A stretch of 64,000 nucleotides of DNA from an uncultured Alphaproteobacteria bacterium (GTDB taxonomy: Bacteria > Pseudomonadota > Alphaproteobacteria > Rs-D84), in contig CANSHD010000002.1 of the NCBI GenBank assembly GCA_947646585.1, positions 203,614-267,613 of the forward strand. The letters run 5' to 3'. Of this stretch, positions 9,266-18,574 are shown piece by piece (the first letter of the stretch is position 1; each line of letters starts with the position of its first letter). The notes below the pieces were generated by a model that ran no database searches, was not told where the DNA came from, and was given only the letters and a program-made list of their open reading frames with translations. The position numbers and the translations under genes are program-made.

Positions 9266-9757
9266 ATGAAAGACTATGTAGCAAGTTATGATGCCGCAAC
9301 CCGGCGGGTGTTGGAGAATGCGGCCAGAATAGACAAGTTTGCGCTGCCGCAAATTGACACGCCCTATTCTTTATATGATATCGCGTCGGTTTTGCGGAAA
9401 AAGTACAAGGACCATCTTTTCCGTGACAAATATGTCGGCGACATGCAGTTCCAGGGATTCACGCCATATCCAAAGGGATTTTGTGCGTTAAGCTCCATAT
9501 GTGTATACGAACTGTATGGCGGCGCGGATATCTGGGTGCCGTCGGCCATTCATTTGGGCGACTGTGAGTATGCGCCGGTGGTGTTTCTGCGTGACAAGGA
9601 ATTCGGTATTCCGTTCGACGCAACAGGCGACCAGTTTGCGCCGTTGCGTGTGCCGTATGAATTGGGTACGCCGATAAATCGCCCGATTGGCAAAATGCGC
9701 ACGCCGAACAAAGAAACTTTTATCAAACAAATAAAGCAAGAATTGGACAGACGTTAA
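9266..9757 (+). CDS. hypothetical protein
   Basis: 163-aa ORF whose stop abuts the xseA start. Confidence 0.55.
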   Translation: MKDYVASYDAATRRVLENAARIDKFALPQIDTPYSLYDIASVLRKKYKDHLFRDKYVGDMQFQGFTPYPKGFCALSSICVYELYGGADIWVPSAIHLGDCEYAPVVFLRDKEFGIPFDATGDQFAPLRVPYELGTPINRPIGKMRTPNKETFIKQIKQELDRR

Positions 9758-10996
9758 ATGCAAAAACCGGAACCATTTGTAAAATCAGATACCGTATTCA
9801 GTGTGACCGATGCGGCCGCATTGTTAAAGGGTGTCGTTGAAACCGCGTTCCCGTGCATTCGCATTCGCGGCGAACTGTCACAGATTACGCGCGCATCGTC
9901 CGGACACATGTACATGACGATAAAAGACGCCGGTGCCGCAATATCCGCAATCATATGGCGTGGCACACCGGTTAATTTCAGACTGGAAGACGGGCTGGAG
10001 GTTATAATAACCGGCCGCCTGACAACCTATCCTGCGCGCAGCAACTATCAAATAATCGTCAATGAAATAGAAATGGCGGGCGTCGGCGCAATCTTAAAAA
10101 TGCTGGAAGAGCGCAAGCGCAAACTGGCGGCCGAGGGATTGTTTGACGCCGCGCGTAAAAAGCCCCTGCCGCGTTTTCCGCAGCGTGTGGGTGTCGTTAC
10201 CAGTCCGACAGGCGCTGCATTTCAGGATATTCAGAACCGTCTGCGCGAACGCTTTCCGGTGCATGTCGTTTTGTATCCCGCAACTGTTCAGGGCGCCACC
10301 GCCGCGGCAGAGGTTGCGGCCGGCATCGAATACTTTAACCGTGCAAAGAACGTTGATGTAATAATCGTTGCGCGCGGCGGCGGCGCGTTGGAAGACCTGT
10401 TGCCATTTTCTGAGGAAATTGTCGTACGTGCCGCCGCGGCCAGTGAAATCCCGTTGATATCCGGCGTCGGACACGAGCCGGACTGGATGCTGATTGATTT
10501 TGCCGCCGACTTTCGTGCGCCGACACCAACCGGTGCGGCGGAAACCGTCGTCCCGACCAAGCTGTCGTTGATTCAAGAACTGGATAACATGTGGCACCGC
10601 CTGTCTGGAAACTTTACAACGCGCCTGGCGAATGCGCGTGCGCGTATGGATTCCATTTCCGTAAAGAACCCGCGCCAGATGGTTATGGAACGGGCCCAGC
10701 GTCTGGACGATATCGGGCGCAGCATGGACATAATAATCGGCGCCAAGGTTCAATCCGCCCGCCAGGCGATGCAAAGCGCCGCAACATTTCCAAATATTCT
10801 GACGACCCGCATGGCCACATTGGGCCAGAATGTGGCGCACATGGGACAAATGCTGAATTCATTGAGTTATAAAAGCGTTTTGTCGCGCGGATATGCGATT
10901 GTCCGTGATGGTGACAATAACATAATCAGCAGTGCAGAAACGCAGGCTGTGCCAGTGTCCATAGAATTTACGGATGGCGTTATTCAGATGCGTTAA
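9758..10996 (+). CDS. xseA: exodeoxyribonuclease VII large subunit
   Basis: 412 aa. Contains GELSQITRASSGHMYMTIKD (OB fold) and VGVVTSPTGAAFQDI. Confidence 0.9.
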   Translation: MQKPEPFVKSDTVFSVTDAAALLKGVVETAFPCIRIRGELSQITRASSGHMYMTIKDAGAAISAIIWRGTPVNFRLEDGLEVIITGRLTTYPARSNYQIIVNEIEMAGVGAILKMLEERKRKLAAEGLFDAARKKPLPRFPQRVGVVTSPTGAAFQDIQNRLRERFPVHVVLYPATVQGATAAAEVAAGIEYFNRAKNVDVIIVARGGGALEDLLPFSEEIVVRAAAASEIPLISGVGHEPDWMLIDFAADFRAPTPTGAAETVVPTKLSLIQELDNMWHRLSGNFTTRLANARARMDSISVKNPRQMVMERAQRLDDIGRSMDIIIGAKVQSARQAMQSAATFPNILTTRMATLGQNVAHMGQMLNSLSYKSVLSRGYAIVRDGDNNIISSAETQAVPVSIEFTDGVIQMR

Positions 10997-11035
10997 ATAA
11001 GCCTTGAAAAAATACGCGCAATATGCCAGAATATA

Positions 11036-11091
11036 AGGCATATAGCCGTTGGTTTATATGCCTAATTAAATTGAACCCTTTTATTAGGCAT
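11036..11091 (+). promoter_or_regulatory. overlapping inverted repeats containing the TATGCCTAAT/ATTAGGCATA motif
   Basis: AGGCATATA (11036..11044) pairs with TATATGCCT (11054..11062). TATGCCTAAT (11056..11065) pairs with ATTAGGCATA (11082..11091). The two pairings exclude each other. The motif recurs upstream of other Cys-rich paralogs. Confidence 0.5.
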
Positions 11092-11109
11092 AACAGAAGG
11101 AATAAAAAC

Positions 11110-11751
11110 ATGCAGAAATCGGGAATTTATAAAAAATTAACATATGCCATTTTTAACGTTGGATTCCTATGCGGGATGATGAATGGGGTCCATGGTGCGA
11201 CTGTTGATTTGGCAGGCAACCCCAGCAATTCAGAACAGCCGAGCATAAATGGAGATACCGCGCAGCAATATTATAAATGCAGCAACACTATTACGCCTAC
11301 ATCTGGATGGCAATGGGCGGGGTATATGAGAATTAGCTATACGTCAATAGCTAGGAAAACCGGCAGCAGCGGTGCACCCCATATTTTGTCCGGCTGTTCT
11401 TTTGTCTCTTATCTTTGTGAGGAAGATCGCTACAAAAGTGGTAATACGTGCGCAAAATGTGCGACTTCGCCGAATACGAATAAACAACTCTATGCCGTAA
11501 GTGCGTCTGATAGAAGCAGTGGCCAAAGCTTTCATAATAATACGGCATGCAATTATTGTAGTTATAATGAGTACAAAACTGTATATAATCCTGTGCCGGG
11601 TGTTTCGCTGGATATGTGTGTTGATTGTCCGGGCGGCGGGGAAAGTGATGGTGTGGGCGCAATCACAACATGCTGCCTGCCGTCGGGCACAAAATCCAAT
11701 GATAATACCGGTGATTTTGAGATTATTGATGGAAAGTGTTGTTATAGCTAA
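11110..11751 (+). CDS. secreted cysteine-rich protein, family member P1
   Basis: Start moved to the ATG at 11110 (MQKSGIYKKLTYAIFNVGFLCGMMNGVHG signal peptide). C-terminus is ...CVDCPGGGESDGVGAITTCCLPSGTKSNDNTGDFEIIDGKCCYS. Confidence 0.75.
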   Translation: MQKSGIYKKLTYAIFNVGFLCGMMNGVHGATVDLAGNPSNSEQPSINGDTAQQYYKCSNTITPTSGWQWAGYMRISYTSIARKTGSSGAPHILSGCSFVSYLCEEDRYKSGNTCAKCATSPNTNKQLYAVSASDRSSGQSFHNNTACNYCSYNEYKTVYNPVPGVSLDMCVDCPGGGESDGVGAITTCCLPSGTKSNDNTGDFEIIDGKCCYS

Positions 11752-11752
11752 A

Positions 11753-11780
11753 ATAAAACCGGCATGTGCCGGTTTTATTT
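11753..11780. terminator. bidirectional terminator hairpin between P1 and recN
   Basis: AAAACCGGCA-TGT-GCCGGTTTTATTTT. It overlaps the recN stop codon. Confidence 0.65.
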
Positions 11781-13427
11781 TATCAATGTGCGTGCCATTG
11801 TCAGGGATTCGGGCGTTATCTCGGCGCCGCTGATAATGCGAGCAACCTCGTTTAATCGCGCCTCGCCCGATATTTCGCATACGCTGGTTGTGGTAATGTC
11901 GTTTGCGACGCTTTTGCTGATTTTAAAGTGATGGTCGGCATATCCCGCAACCTGGGCGGAGTGCGTGATTACCAATGCTTGGGCTCCGGCAGCCAGGCGG
12001 TTTAATCTGTTGCCGACGGCACTGGCGGTGGCGCCGCTGATTCCGGTGTCGATTTCGTCAAAAATGAATGTGCGCGCGTCCGCGCCACCGGCCAGCACAA
12101 CACGCAGCGCCAGCATAAATCGCGCCAATTCGCCACCGGATGCAGTTTTATGCAATGCGCCAAACGGCATGCCCGGATTGGTCTTTATCATGAATGTGAC
12201 GCCGTCAATACCGGCGGCCGACGCATCGACGGGCGCCAGTTCCGCGACAAAGTCCGCCTGCCCCAACTTTAAATCCGGCAGTTCGGCCAGTATGCGCGTG
12301 CGCAACGCATCGGCCGCGGCCGCGCGCGCATCATGCAGCGCCGCCGCGCACCGGTCAAATTCGGCGCGCTTTTGAGACATCTGTGCGGTCAGCTTTTTTA
12401 GCTCAGCATCCGAATTGTCAATCGCATTTAATTGTGCCGACATCTGCGACAGCTTTTCCGGCAATTCATCGGCCGGAATACGGTGTTTGCGCGCCACGGC
12501 GCGAATTGCAAACAGGCGCTCTTCGACCTCTTCCAGACTGGCGGTGTCCATGTCCGACGGTGTCAGCGCCCCGGCGACGTCGGATATGGTTTGCGCCGCC
12601 TCGTACAGCTTGTCGATTTGTTCCTGGTACGGGTTGGGCGTTGTTTTTATATGCTCCAAAATATGCGCAACGGAATAAACGGCCGAATCCAGCGAATTGC
12701 CACGCGGCGCGATTGCCGCCATGGCGTCGGTCAAAATCGCCGCGTCTTTTTCCGCGTTCATCATCGCCGCGCGACGCGTCGCCAGCTCCTCCTCTTCGCC
12801 GACATGCACATCCAATGACGCCAGTTCCGCAACATTGTGTTCCAAAAATTCACGCTCTATTTCCGCGCGCGACAACATTTCCGTTAACTCCGTCATGCGC
12901 TTTTGTGCATCCTGATATTCGGCGTATGCGTTTTTTGTCGCGGCGACCAAGCCGGTAAATTCGGGGTTGTTTCGCGTGGCAAAATCATCCAGCGCGCCGC
13001 GATGCGTCGCACCATCCAGCAATGCGTGGTTTGCAAACTGGCCGTGAATTTCAACCAATATGTCGCCGACGGCTTTTAAGGTCTTTACGGATACCGCACA
13101 GTCGTTTATCCATGCGCGCCCTTTGCCGTCCGGCGACAGTGTTCGGCGCAGAATCAATACGTCGTCATCGCAATCAACACCGACGTCCGTCAGAATTTGA
13201 CGAATGGCGGGCGTAACGGAATCAAACTCGGCCGTGACGGCGGCGCCGTCCGTGCCACGACGAACCAGGCCGGCATCGCCGCGCGCGCCCAGCGCCAGCG
13301 CCAATGCATCCAATAAAATACTTTTTCCGGCACCCGTTTCGCCGGTCAGAACGTTCAGCCCCGCCCCGAATTCCAGATTCAGGCGTTCAATCAATACGAT
13401 ATTCGATATATTTAAACGTGTTAACAT
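11775..13427 (-). CDS. recN: DNA repair protein RecN
   Basis: Start set at MLTRLNISNIVLIERL... Walker A is GETGAGKSILLDAL, followed by a long coiled coil. Confidence 0.95.
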   Translation of the reverse strand: MLTRLNISNIVLIERLNLEFGAGLNVLTGETGAGKSILLDALALALGARGDAGLVRRGTDGAAVTAEFDSVTPAIRQILTDVGVDCDDDVLILRRTLSPDGKGRAWINDCAVSVKTLKAVGDILVEIHGQFANHALLDGATHRGALDDFATRNNPEFTGLVAATKNAYAEYQDAQKRMTELTEMLSRAEIEREFLEHNVAELASLDVHVGEEEELATRRAAMMNAEKDAAILTDAMAAIAPRGNSLDSAVYSVAHILEHIKTTPNPYQEQIDKLYEAAQTISDVAGALTPSDMDTASLEEVEERLFAIRAVARKHRIPADELPEKLSQMSAQLNAIDNSDAELKKLTAQMSQKRAEFDRCAAALHDARAAAADALRTRILAELPDLKLGQADFVAELAPVDASAAGIDGVTFMIKTNPGMPFGALHKTASGGELARFMLALRVVLAGGADARTFIFDEIDTGISGATASAVGNRLNRLAAGAQALVITHSAQVAGYADHHFKISKSVANDITTTSVCEISGEARLNEVARIISGAEITPESLTMARTLIK

Positions 13428-13469
13428 ATGGGAATTATAGCGCCCAGCGCCGCCGTATTTCAAGGGCTT

Positions 13470-13913
13470 TTATATAACCTCAAGCGTCCAGTCGTGCGTC
13501 CACAGTATTGCGGCGGATATTGTAAATCCGGGATATATCGCGCCCAGCAAATCACGGTATTCCTGCAGCTGGATTTTGTATTTGTCACGGCGCGCGCGGC
13601 GGTCCGTGTCGGTTTTGTAATCCAAAATCTTTATTGTCTTTGCGGCGGTGTCAACAATTATGCGGTCGATGCGGCGGCTGATAAAGCGGCCGTTTATTGT
13701 ACCGGCAACGGGCACCTCTGTCCGGGCGTTCGGGCCAAAGTATTCCGCCAAGTGCGCGTTTGTTTGTATGCGCGCAATCAGTTCCGCATCGCCGCGTGCG
13801 GCGGCGCCGTCGATTGCGATTTTGCGCAGGCGTTCGTGCATGTCGGTGCCGGCGCTGGTTGCAAAACGCATGTCGCGGCCGCGGCGGATAAAATCATACG
13901 GACTGGTCGGCAT
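13470..13913 (-). CDS. AddA-type PD-(D/E)xK nuclease domain, in a different frame from the helicase body
   Basis: MPTSPYDFIRRG...GTDMHERLRKI...EVPVAGTINGRFISRRIDRIIVD...ILDYKTD...YKIQLQEY carries the AddA/RecB nuclease motifs. The ATG at 13913 overlaps the end of the 869-aa ORF by 20 nt in another frame. Confidence 0.6.
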   Translation of the reverse strand: MPTSPYDFIRRGRDMRFATSAGTDMHERLRKIAIDGAAARGDAELIARIQTNAHLAEYFGPNARTEVPVAGTINGRFISRRIDRIIVDTAAKTIKILDYKTDTDRRARRDKYKIQLQEYRDLLGAIYPGFTISAAILWTHDWTLEVI

Positions 13914-16503
13914 TTGTAATCCTTGTCGGTTCGTTTGCGTCGTTGCCGAAAACACTCCACAGGCGCGCGTGCCACGAGTCTGCATTCGGCGCCTTGTTCG
14001 ATGTGTATCCGAATATATACAGACGGTCGCGCGCACGCGTCATCGCCACATATAACAGACGGTAATATTCAGCTATCTTGTCGCGCATTGCGGCGTCGGC
14101 GGCCATGTCGCGCCGGGCGGACGGCATTGCACGCGGTACCCAAATCCATGGGCGCGGCATATCGGCGTCGGCCGCTGGTATCGGAATAAACTTTTCACCG
14201 TCCGGCATGTTCGTCGTATCGATTAAAAATACAACGGACGCCTCCAGCCCCTTGCTGCCGTGAACGGTGACGATGCGCACGCCGCTGTTTTCGTCCATGT
14301 CGCGTTTTATCTCGCTGCCGCCGGTGATAAACCATTTTAAAAAGTGACGCATTGTGCCCGGCTGTGTTCTTTCGTATGCCAGACATATCGTCAAAAATTC
14401 CTCCAGCGGGTCGATTATTTGATTGCCCAGTGCGGCAATCATTTCGCGGCGCGTGTCGTTGGAATTTAGAATTTGTGAAAAGAACGTATATGGACCACAT
14501 TTTGCCGCCCATTCCATTGCCGCACTTAATCGCAAAAAAATATCCGGGCGCATTGTCTGCAGAATATTGAATACCGTGACCGTTTTTGTGTCGTCCGCCA
14601 GGCGTTTTATCGCATCGGTGCGCGCAGTGCATAAATTTAAAATATCGCGTTCTGTCAATCTGAAAATCGGACTTTTTAATACGCAGCATAAACTGTAATC
14701 GTCGGCCGGATTAAGGCAAAAACGCGTTAGGTTCAACAGGTCGCGAACCGCGGGAAAATCCGGCAAAACGATACGGTCACTGCCAGCGACGTCAATGCCG
14801 CGACGTTTAAGTTCTGTGACCAGCGGCGGCGCCAGTGGCTTTCTTTTTTGTACCAGTATCATTATGTCGGACGCGCGACATTCGCCGGTGGAAATCATCT
14901 GTTGTATCCGGTCGGCAATCATTGATATGTATTCCGGCACGCCGGCATCTGTTTCCTTTTTTGATACAACCGGATGCAGTTCAACCGCGCCGACGGCGTC
15001 GCGGCGGAAGCATTTGTGTGCATTGTTGGAAAAGCCTGTTAACTCAACAATTTCGCGATTGCCAAAGAAAGTATCAACGAATCCGAGAATTGGCGCCGTA
15101 GAGCGAAAACTTTGCGTCAAAGGAATCTCTGATATCGTCCGCATGTTGTTGCTTATTTGGTCGGCAATTTCCTGGCGGCTGGCGGCAAAGGCATTCGGGT
15201 CCGCACCTTGGAACCCATATATCGACTGTTTGCTGTCGCCGACAACGAACAGCGAATGCGGGTCGTCCGACGTATCGCCATCCGTAAAAAAGTCGCCGGC
15301 CATCATGCGTAAAATATCCCATTGCTGGGGGCTGGTATCCTGGGCCTCGTCAACCAGTATGTGATTCAGGCCCAAATCCAGCTGCGACAATACCCACCCC
15401 ATTGTGTCGGGCTTTGAAAACAGGCGACGGGTATATAAAATTAAATCGTCAAAATCCAACAGGTTGCGAGCATGTTTTAATTCCATGTATGAACGTGCAA
15501 ATGCGGACGCTAAATCAAACATTGCGATTGAATCCCGGGCTATTTGGCTGTTTACCTCGTACTGTGCCATGGCGTAGACACGCTCCAGCTCCGTTTTGGC
15601 ATAATCCAGCTTTGCCAGGTCTTTCTTTGGTTCCAAATCCTGTTTTAGATATGTGTATTTGTATTCTTCAAAATTTATTGACGTATCAATGTACTGTTTT
15701 GTTTTATTGATAAGCTCTGTCAAATACTTTACCGGTGTTTTTCGCGAATTTTGGTCCGCTGTGGCATTTTCGATGATTTTTTGTAATAACATCGGGTCTG
15801 CCGCCGCCGGTTCGTTAAAATCGGAAAATAAAAATTTGTTAATCGTATCAATAAAGTATTCGCGATATTTATTAACGTTTTCAACTTGGAAAAACGTCTT
15901 GTACTGCCCTGTTAATTCTTTTAACAGGTCGGGCATATAATATTCCGAAACCCGTCCGACGATATGCGCAAACGCATCGGATGTTCGCGGGTCGTTTCCG
16001 GCAAATAAAATCATCCGGTCAAAGGCGTCCTGTAACAATACCTTTTGATTGGCGTCGGATACCAAAGTCCATGCCGGCGACAGGCCGGCCTCCATCGGAA
16101 AGCGATGCAGAATTTCTTCACAGAAACCGTGAATGGTTTTTATCTTTAATATATCGGGATTGTCGATGTACTTAAAGAATATTGCGCGCGCGCGTTTTAA
16201 ATCCGCGTCGGTCGGCGTCTGTGAAAAAGCAACGCCCGCCAGCATGTCGCGCAAATCATCGTCGCCCGCCATGGCCCATTTGCGCAGCATTGCCAAAATT
16301 CTGTTGCGCATTTCCCCGGCCGCCGCGTTTGTATACGTTAAGCACAATATCCCGGCCTCCGATTTCGCACGGAACAGTATGCGCAATAAACGCTGGACCA
16401 GAACACTGGTTTTGCCCGTTCCTGCATTCGCCTGAACCCATACGTTTTCAGACGGCGACGCGGCCTTGTCCTGTTCCGGTGAAAGTATCGTTTTTTTTGC
16501 CAT
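13894..16503 (-). CDS. addA: UvrD/AddA-like ATP-dependent helicase (helicase body of AddA)
   Basis: 869 aa. Motifs ANAGTGKTSVLVQR, ILVDEAQDTSPQQW, VGDSKQSIYGFQGA and LLYVAMTRARDRLYIFG. Confidence 0.85.
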   Translation of the reverse strand: MAKKTILSPEQDKAASPSENVWVQANAGTGKTSVLVQRLLRILFRAKSEAGILCLTYTNAAAGEMRNRILAMLRKWAMAGDDDLRDMLAGVAFSQTPTDADLKRARAIFFKYIDNPDILKIKTIHGFCEEILHRFPMEAGLSPAWTLVSDANQKVLLQDAFDRMILFAGNDPRTSDAFAHIVGRVSEYYMPDLLKELTGQYKTFFQVENVNKYREYFIDTINKFLFSDFNEPAAADPMLLQKIIENATADQNSRKTPVKYLTELINKTKQYIDTSINFEEYKYTYLKQDLEPKKDLAKLDYAKTELERVYAMAQYEVNSQIARDSIAMFDLASAFARSYMELKHARNLLDFDDLILYTRRLFSKPDTMGWVLSQLDLGLNHILVDEAQDTSPQQWDILRMMAGDFFTDGDTSDDPHSLFVVGDSKQSIYGFQGADPNAFAASRQEIADQISNNMRTISEIPLTQSFRSTAPILGFVDTFFGNREIVELTGFSNNAHKCFRRDAVGAVELHPVVSKKETDAGVPEYISMIADRIQQMISTGECRASDIMILVQKRKPLAPPLVTELKRRGIDVAGSDRIVLPDFPAVRDLLNLTRFCLNPADDYSLCCVLKSPIFRLTERDILNLCTARTDAIKRLADDTKTVTVFNILQTMRPDIFLRLSAAMEWAAKCGPYTFFSQILNSNDTRREMIAALGNQIIDPLEEFLTICLAYERTQPGTMRHFLKWFITGGSEIKRDMDENSGVRIVTVHGSKGLEASVVFLIDTTNMPDGEKFIPIPAADADMPRPWIWVPRAMPSARRDMAADAAMRDKIAEYYRLLYVAMTRARDRLYIFGYTSNKAPNADSWHARLWSVFGNDANEPTRITNADQSV

Positions 16504-16586
16504 TTATACCCTTGCGTTGCATTAAAGATTCTAGTATAAATTTCATAGAACTTCAAGAATGATATATTTTGCGCGGAGGGCGAAAA

Positions 16587-18533
16587 ATGGAAGCCGGTTT
16601 ATCAGTTGTTTTTGCGAATAAGATAGTATGGATTGCATGCGGCGGCATGGCGGTTATGATGCTGGCGGCAATCGGGGCGCTGTTTTTTGTGTCGCGCAAA
16701 TCGCAGAAAGTAATGGAATCTTTGCTGGGCATTATGTTACAGCCGGAGCGCGTAAAAATCCACGACGCGTCGCGTGTTCTGCGCACACTGATGGCGGACG
16801 AAATCGCAAAGATAGAGGCCGGATTCAAAACCATGTCCGACACCCTGCGCGCCCAGATTGCGGCCGCGGACAAATTGAACGAAGAACTGGGGCTGCAGAA
16901 TGAAAAACTGGTCGCGACCGCGGATGCGGCCACCAAGAAACTGGTAACGATGTCCCAGCGTCTGGACAATACCGTAACCGGACTGCACGACGTTGTAAAT
17001 TCGGATACGTGGCACGACGTTGAAACGGCGACCGCGCGCTTTAACGAGACGATATCGGAATTGCTGGCGCGCATAGACGCAACATCGCAGGAGGCCGCCG
17101 CCCGCATCGCCCACATTCAGGAACAGATTGACGCCTGGCAGGAATCGGGCCGCCAGTTGTCGGAGCGCTTAACAGCGGAATTTGAATCGAACGGCACGCA
17201 AATGAAAGACATGTCCGAACAGTCGGCCGCCCTGCGCGATCAGCTGGGGGCGCTGTCGCAGTCCGTGGCGGACGGCTTTGGCGCGGTAAAGTCCGCGGCG
17301 GCGGATTACGAGTCGGTTATGACCGGCAACGACAAGCTGCTGGGCGAGCATATATCCAAAATGGAAAACTTTAGCAAACAGTCAAAGAAACAGTTAACCG
17401 CGCAGATGAACACCCTTACCAACACAGCCAATGTTGTCGGCGGCCAGGTGCGTCTGGCGGAATCGTCCATTGACAAGCAGGTGCGCAAGTTAACGGACGC
17501 GGTTGAAACACTGATGTCGTCGGCCACCACAACGGAAAATTCCGTCCGCGGCATATCGACGGAGCTGGCGACGCTGACAAACCGCTTTAACGGCGAGATA
17601 AAGGAATTTGCGACGGGCGTCGTGTCCGAGTTAAAGACGGTGTCGGGCGTTGCGAATGTGACGCTGGAAAACACCAAGACGGCGGCGGGCGCATTCTCTG
17701 AATCCGTGCGCGCAATGGCGACCGGCGTGCGCGAAACGCTGATTGAAATGAACACGGCACACACTCAGCTGTCGGGCCAGTCGGCCGGCCTGATAAAAAT
17801 GTCGGCTGAAACAACCGCCCAGCTGCAGCCGCTGTCGGCGTTGATAGAAAAATATTATGCGGCCCTGCCCGATTTGTCGCGCGGCTCGGCCAAGACGACG
17901 GAGACGCTTGAAAAGATTGTCGGCAGTCTGAATGAAAAAATCAATTTAATGCGCGACACTGTTTCGGAATCGATGAATGCGATATCGGATTCGTCCGTAA
18001 AGCTGGAAGACTTGGCGGGACAATCGCGCCAACAGATGATAGATTTAATGGCGGATTACGCCAAGGCCGTGAACACCATGCAGACACTGAACAAACAGAT
18101 GATGGTTGCGCGCGCGTCCGCCCCGATGGATGCCATAAAGACGGCGCCGGCGGATTCATTTGCCCGCGTCAGCAGCCAGGATTTCCTGAAACAGAGCGAA
18201 AAGCTGTTTGAAAAAATGCATGAACAGTCGCTGGATTTAACGCGTGCGGCGGGTGCGGAAATACCGGACGTCGTGTGGAAGAAATATCATGCCGGCGACA
18301 AGACAATATTTTCAAAGTGGCTGGCCAAAATGATGGCGGCGGCGGATAAAAAGCGTGTTCGTGAAATGCTGAAATCCGATGCCGTGTTCCGTTCCCAGGC
18401 AACACAGTTCGTACGCAGCTTTGACAAAGTTCTGGCCGCGTCGCGCCAGGCGGACAATGCAGACAAACTGGCGGCGACACTGATAAAAACGGATTTAGGA
18501 CAGATTTATGCCGCATTAAAGGGGCATGTATAA
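16587..18533 (+). CDS. membrane-anchored long coiled-coil protein
   Basis: Start set at ATG 16587, with a GGAGGG RBS 6 nt upstream. One N-terminal TM helix, then about 600 aa of heptad-like sequence. Confidence 0.7.
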   Translation: MEAGLSVVFANKIVWIACGGMAVMMLAAIGALFFVSRKSQKVMESLLGIMLQPERVKIHDASRVLRTLMADEIAKIEAGFKTMSDTLRAQIAAADKLNEELGLQNEKLVATADAATKKLVTMSQRLDNTVTGLHDVVNSDTWHDVETATARFNETISELLARIDATSQEAAARIAHIQEQIDAWQESGRQLSERLTAEFESNGTQMKDMSEQSAALRDQLGALSQSVADGFGAVKSAAADYESVMTGNDKLLGEHISKMENFSKQSKKQLTAQMNTLTNTANVVGGQVRLAESSIDKQVRKLTDAVETLMSSATTTENSVRGISTELATLTNRFNGEIKEFATGVVSELKTVSGVANVTLENTKTAAGAFSESVRAMATGVRETLIEMNTAHTQLSGQSAGLIKMSAETTAQLQPLSALIEKYYAALPDLSRGSAKTTETLEKIVGSLNEKINLMRDTVSESMNAISDSSVKLEDLAGQSRQQMIDLMADYAKAVNTMQTLNKQMMVARASAPMDAIKTAPADSFARVSSQDFLKQSEKLFEKMHEQSLDLTRAAGAEIPDVVWKKYHAGDKTIFSKWLAKMMAAADKKRVREMLKSDAVFRSQATQFVRSFDKVLAASRQADNADKLAATLIKTDLGQIYAALKGHV

Positions 18534-18541
18534 AAACTTTC

Positions 18542-18570
18542 TTGTATTCCGCCGGCGATTGGCATATAAT
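18542..18570 (+). promoter_or_regulatory. candidate sigma70 promoter of leader A
   Basis: TTGTAT, 17-nt spacer, TATAAT. It sits immediately before the block conserved with leader B. Confidence 0.5.
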
Positions 18571-18574
18571 GCAT

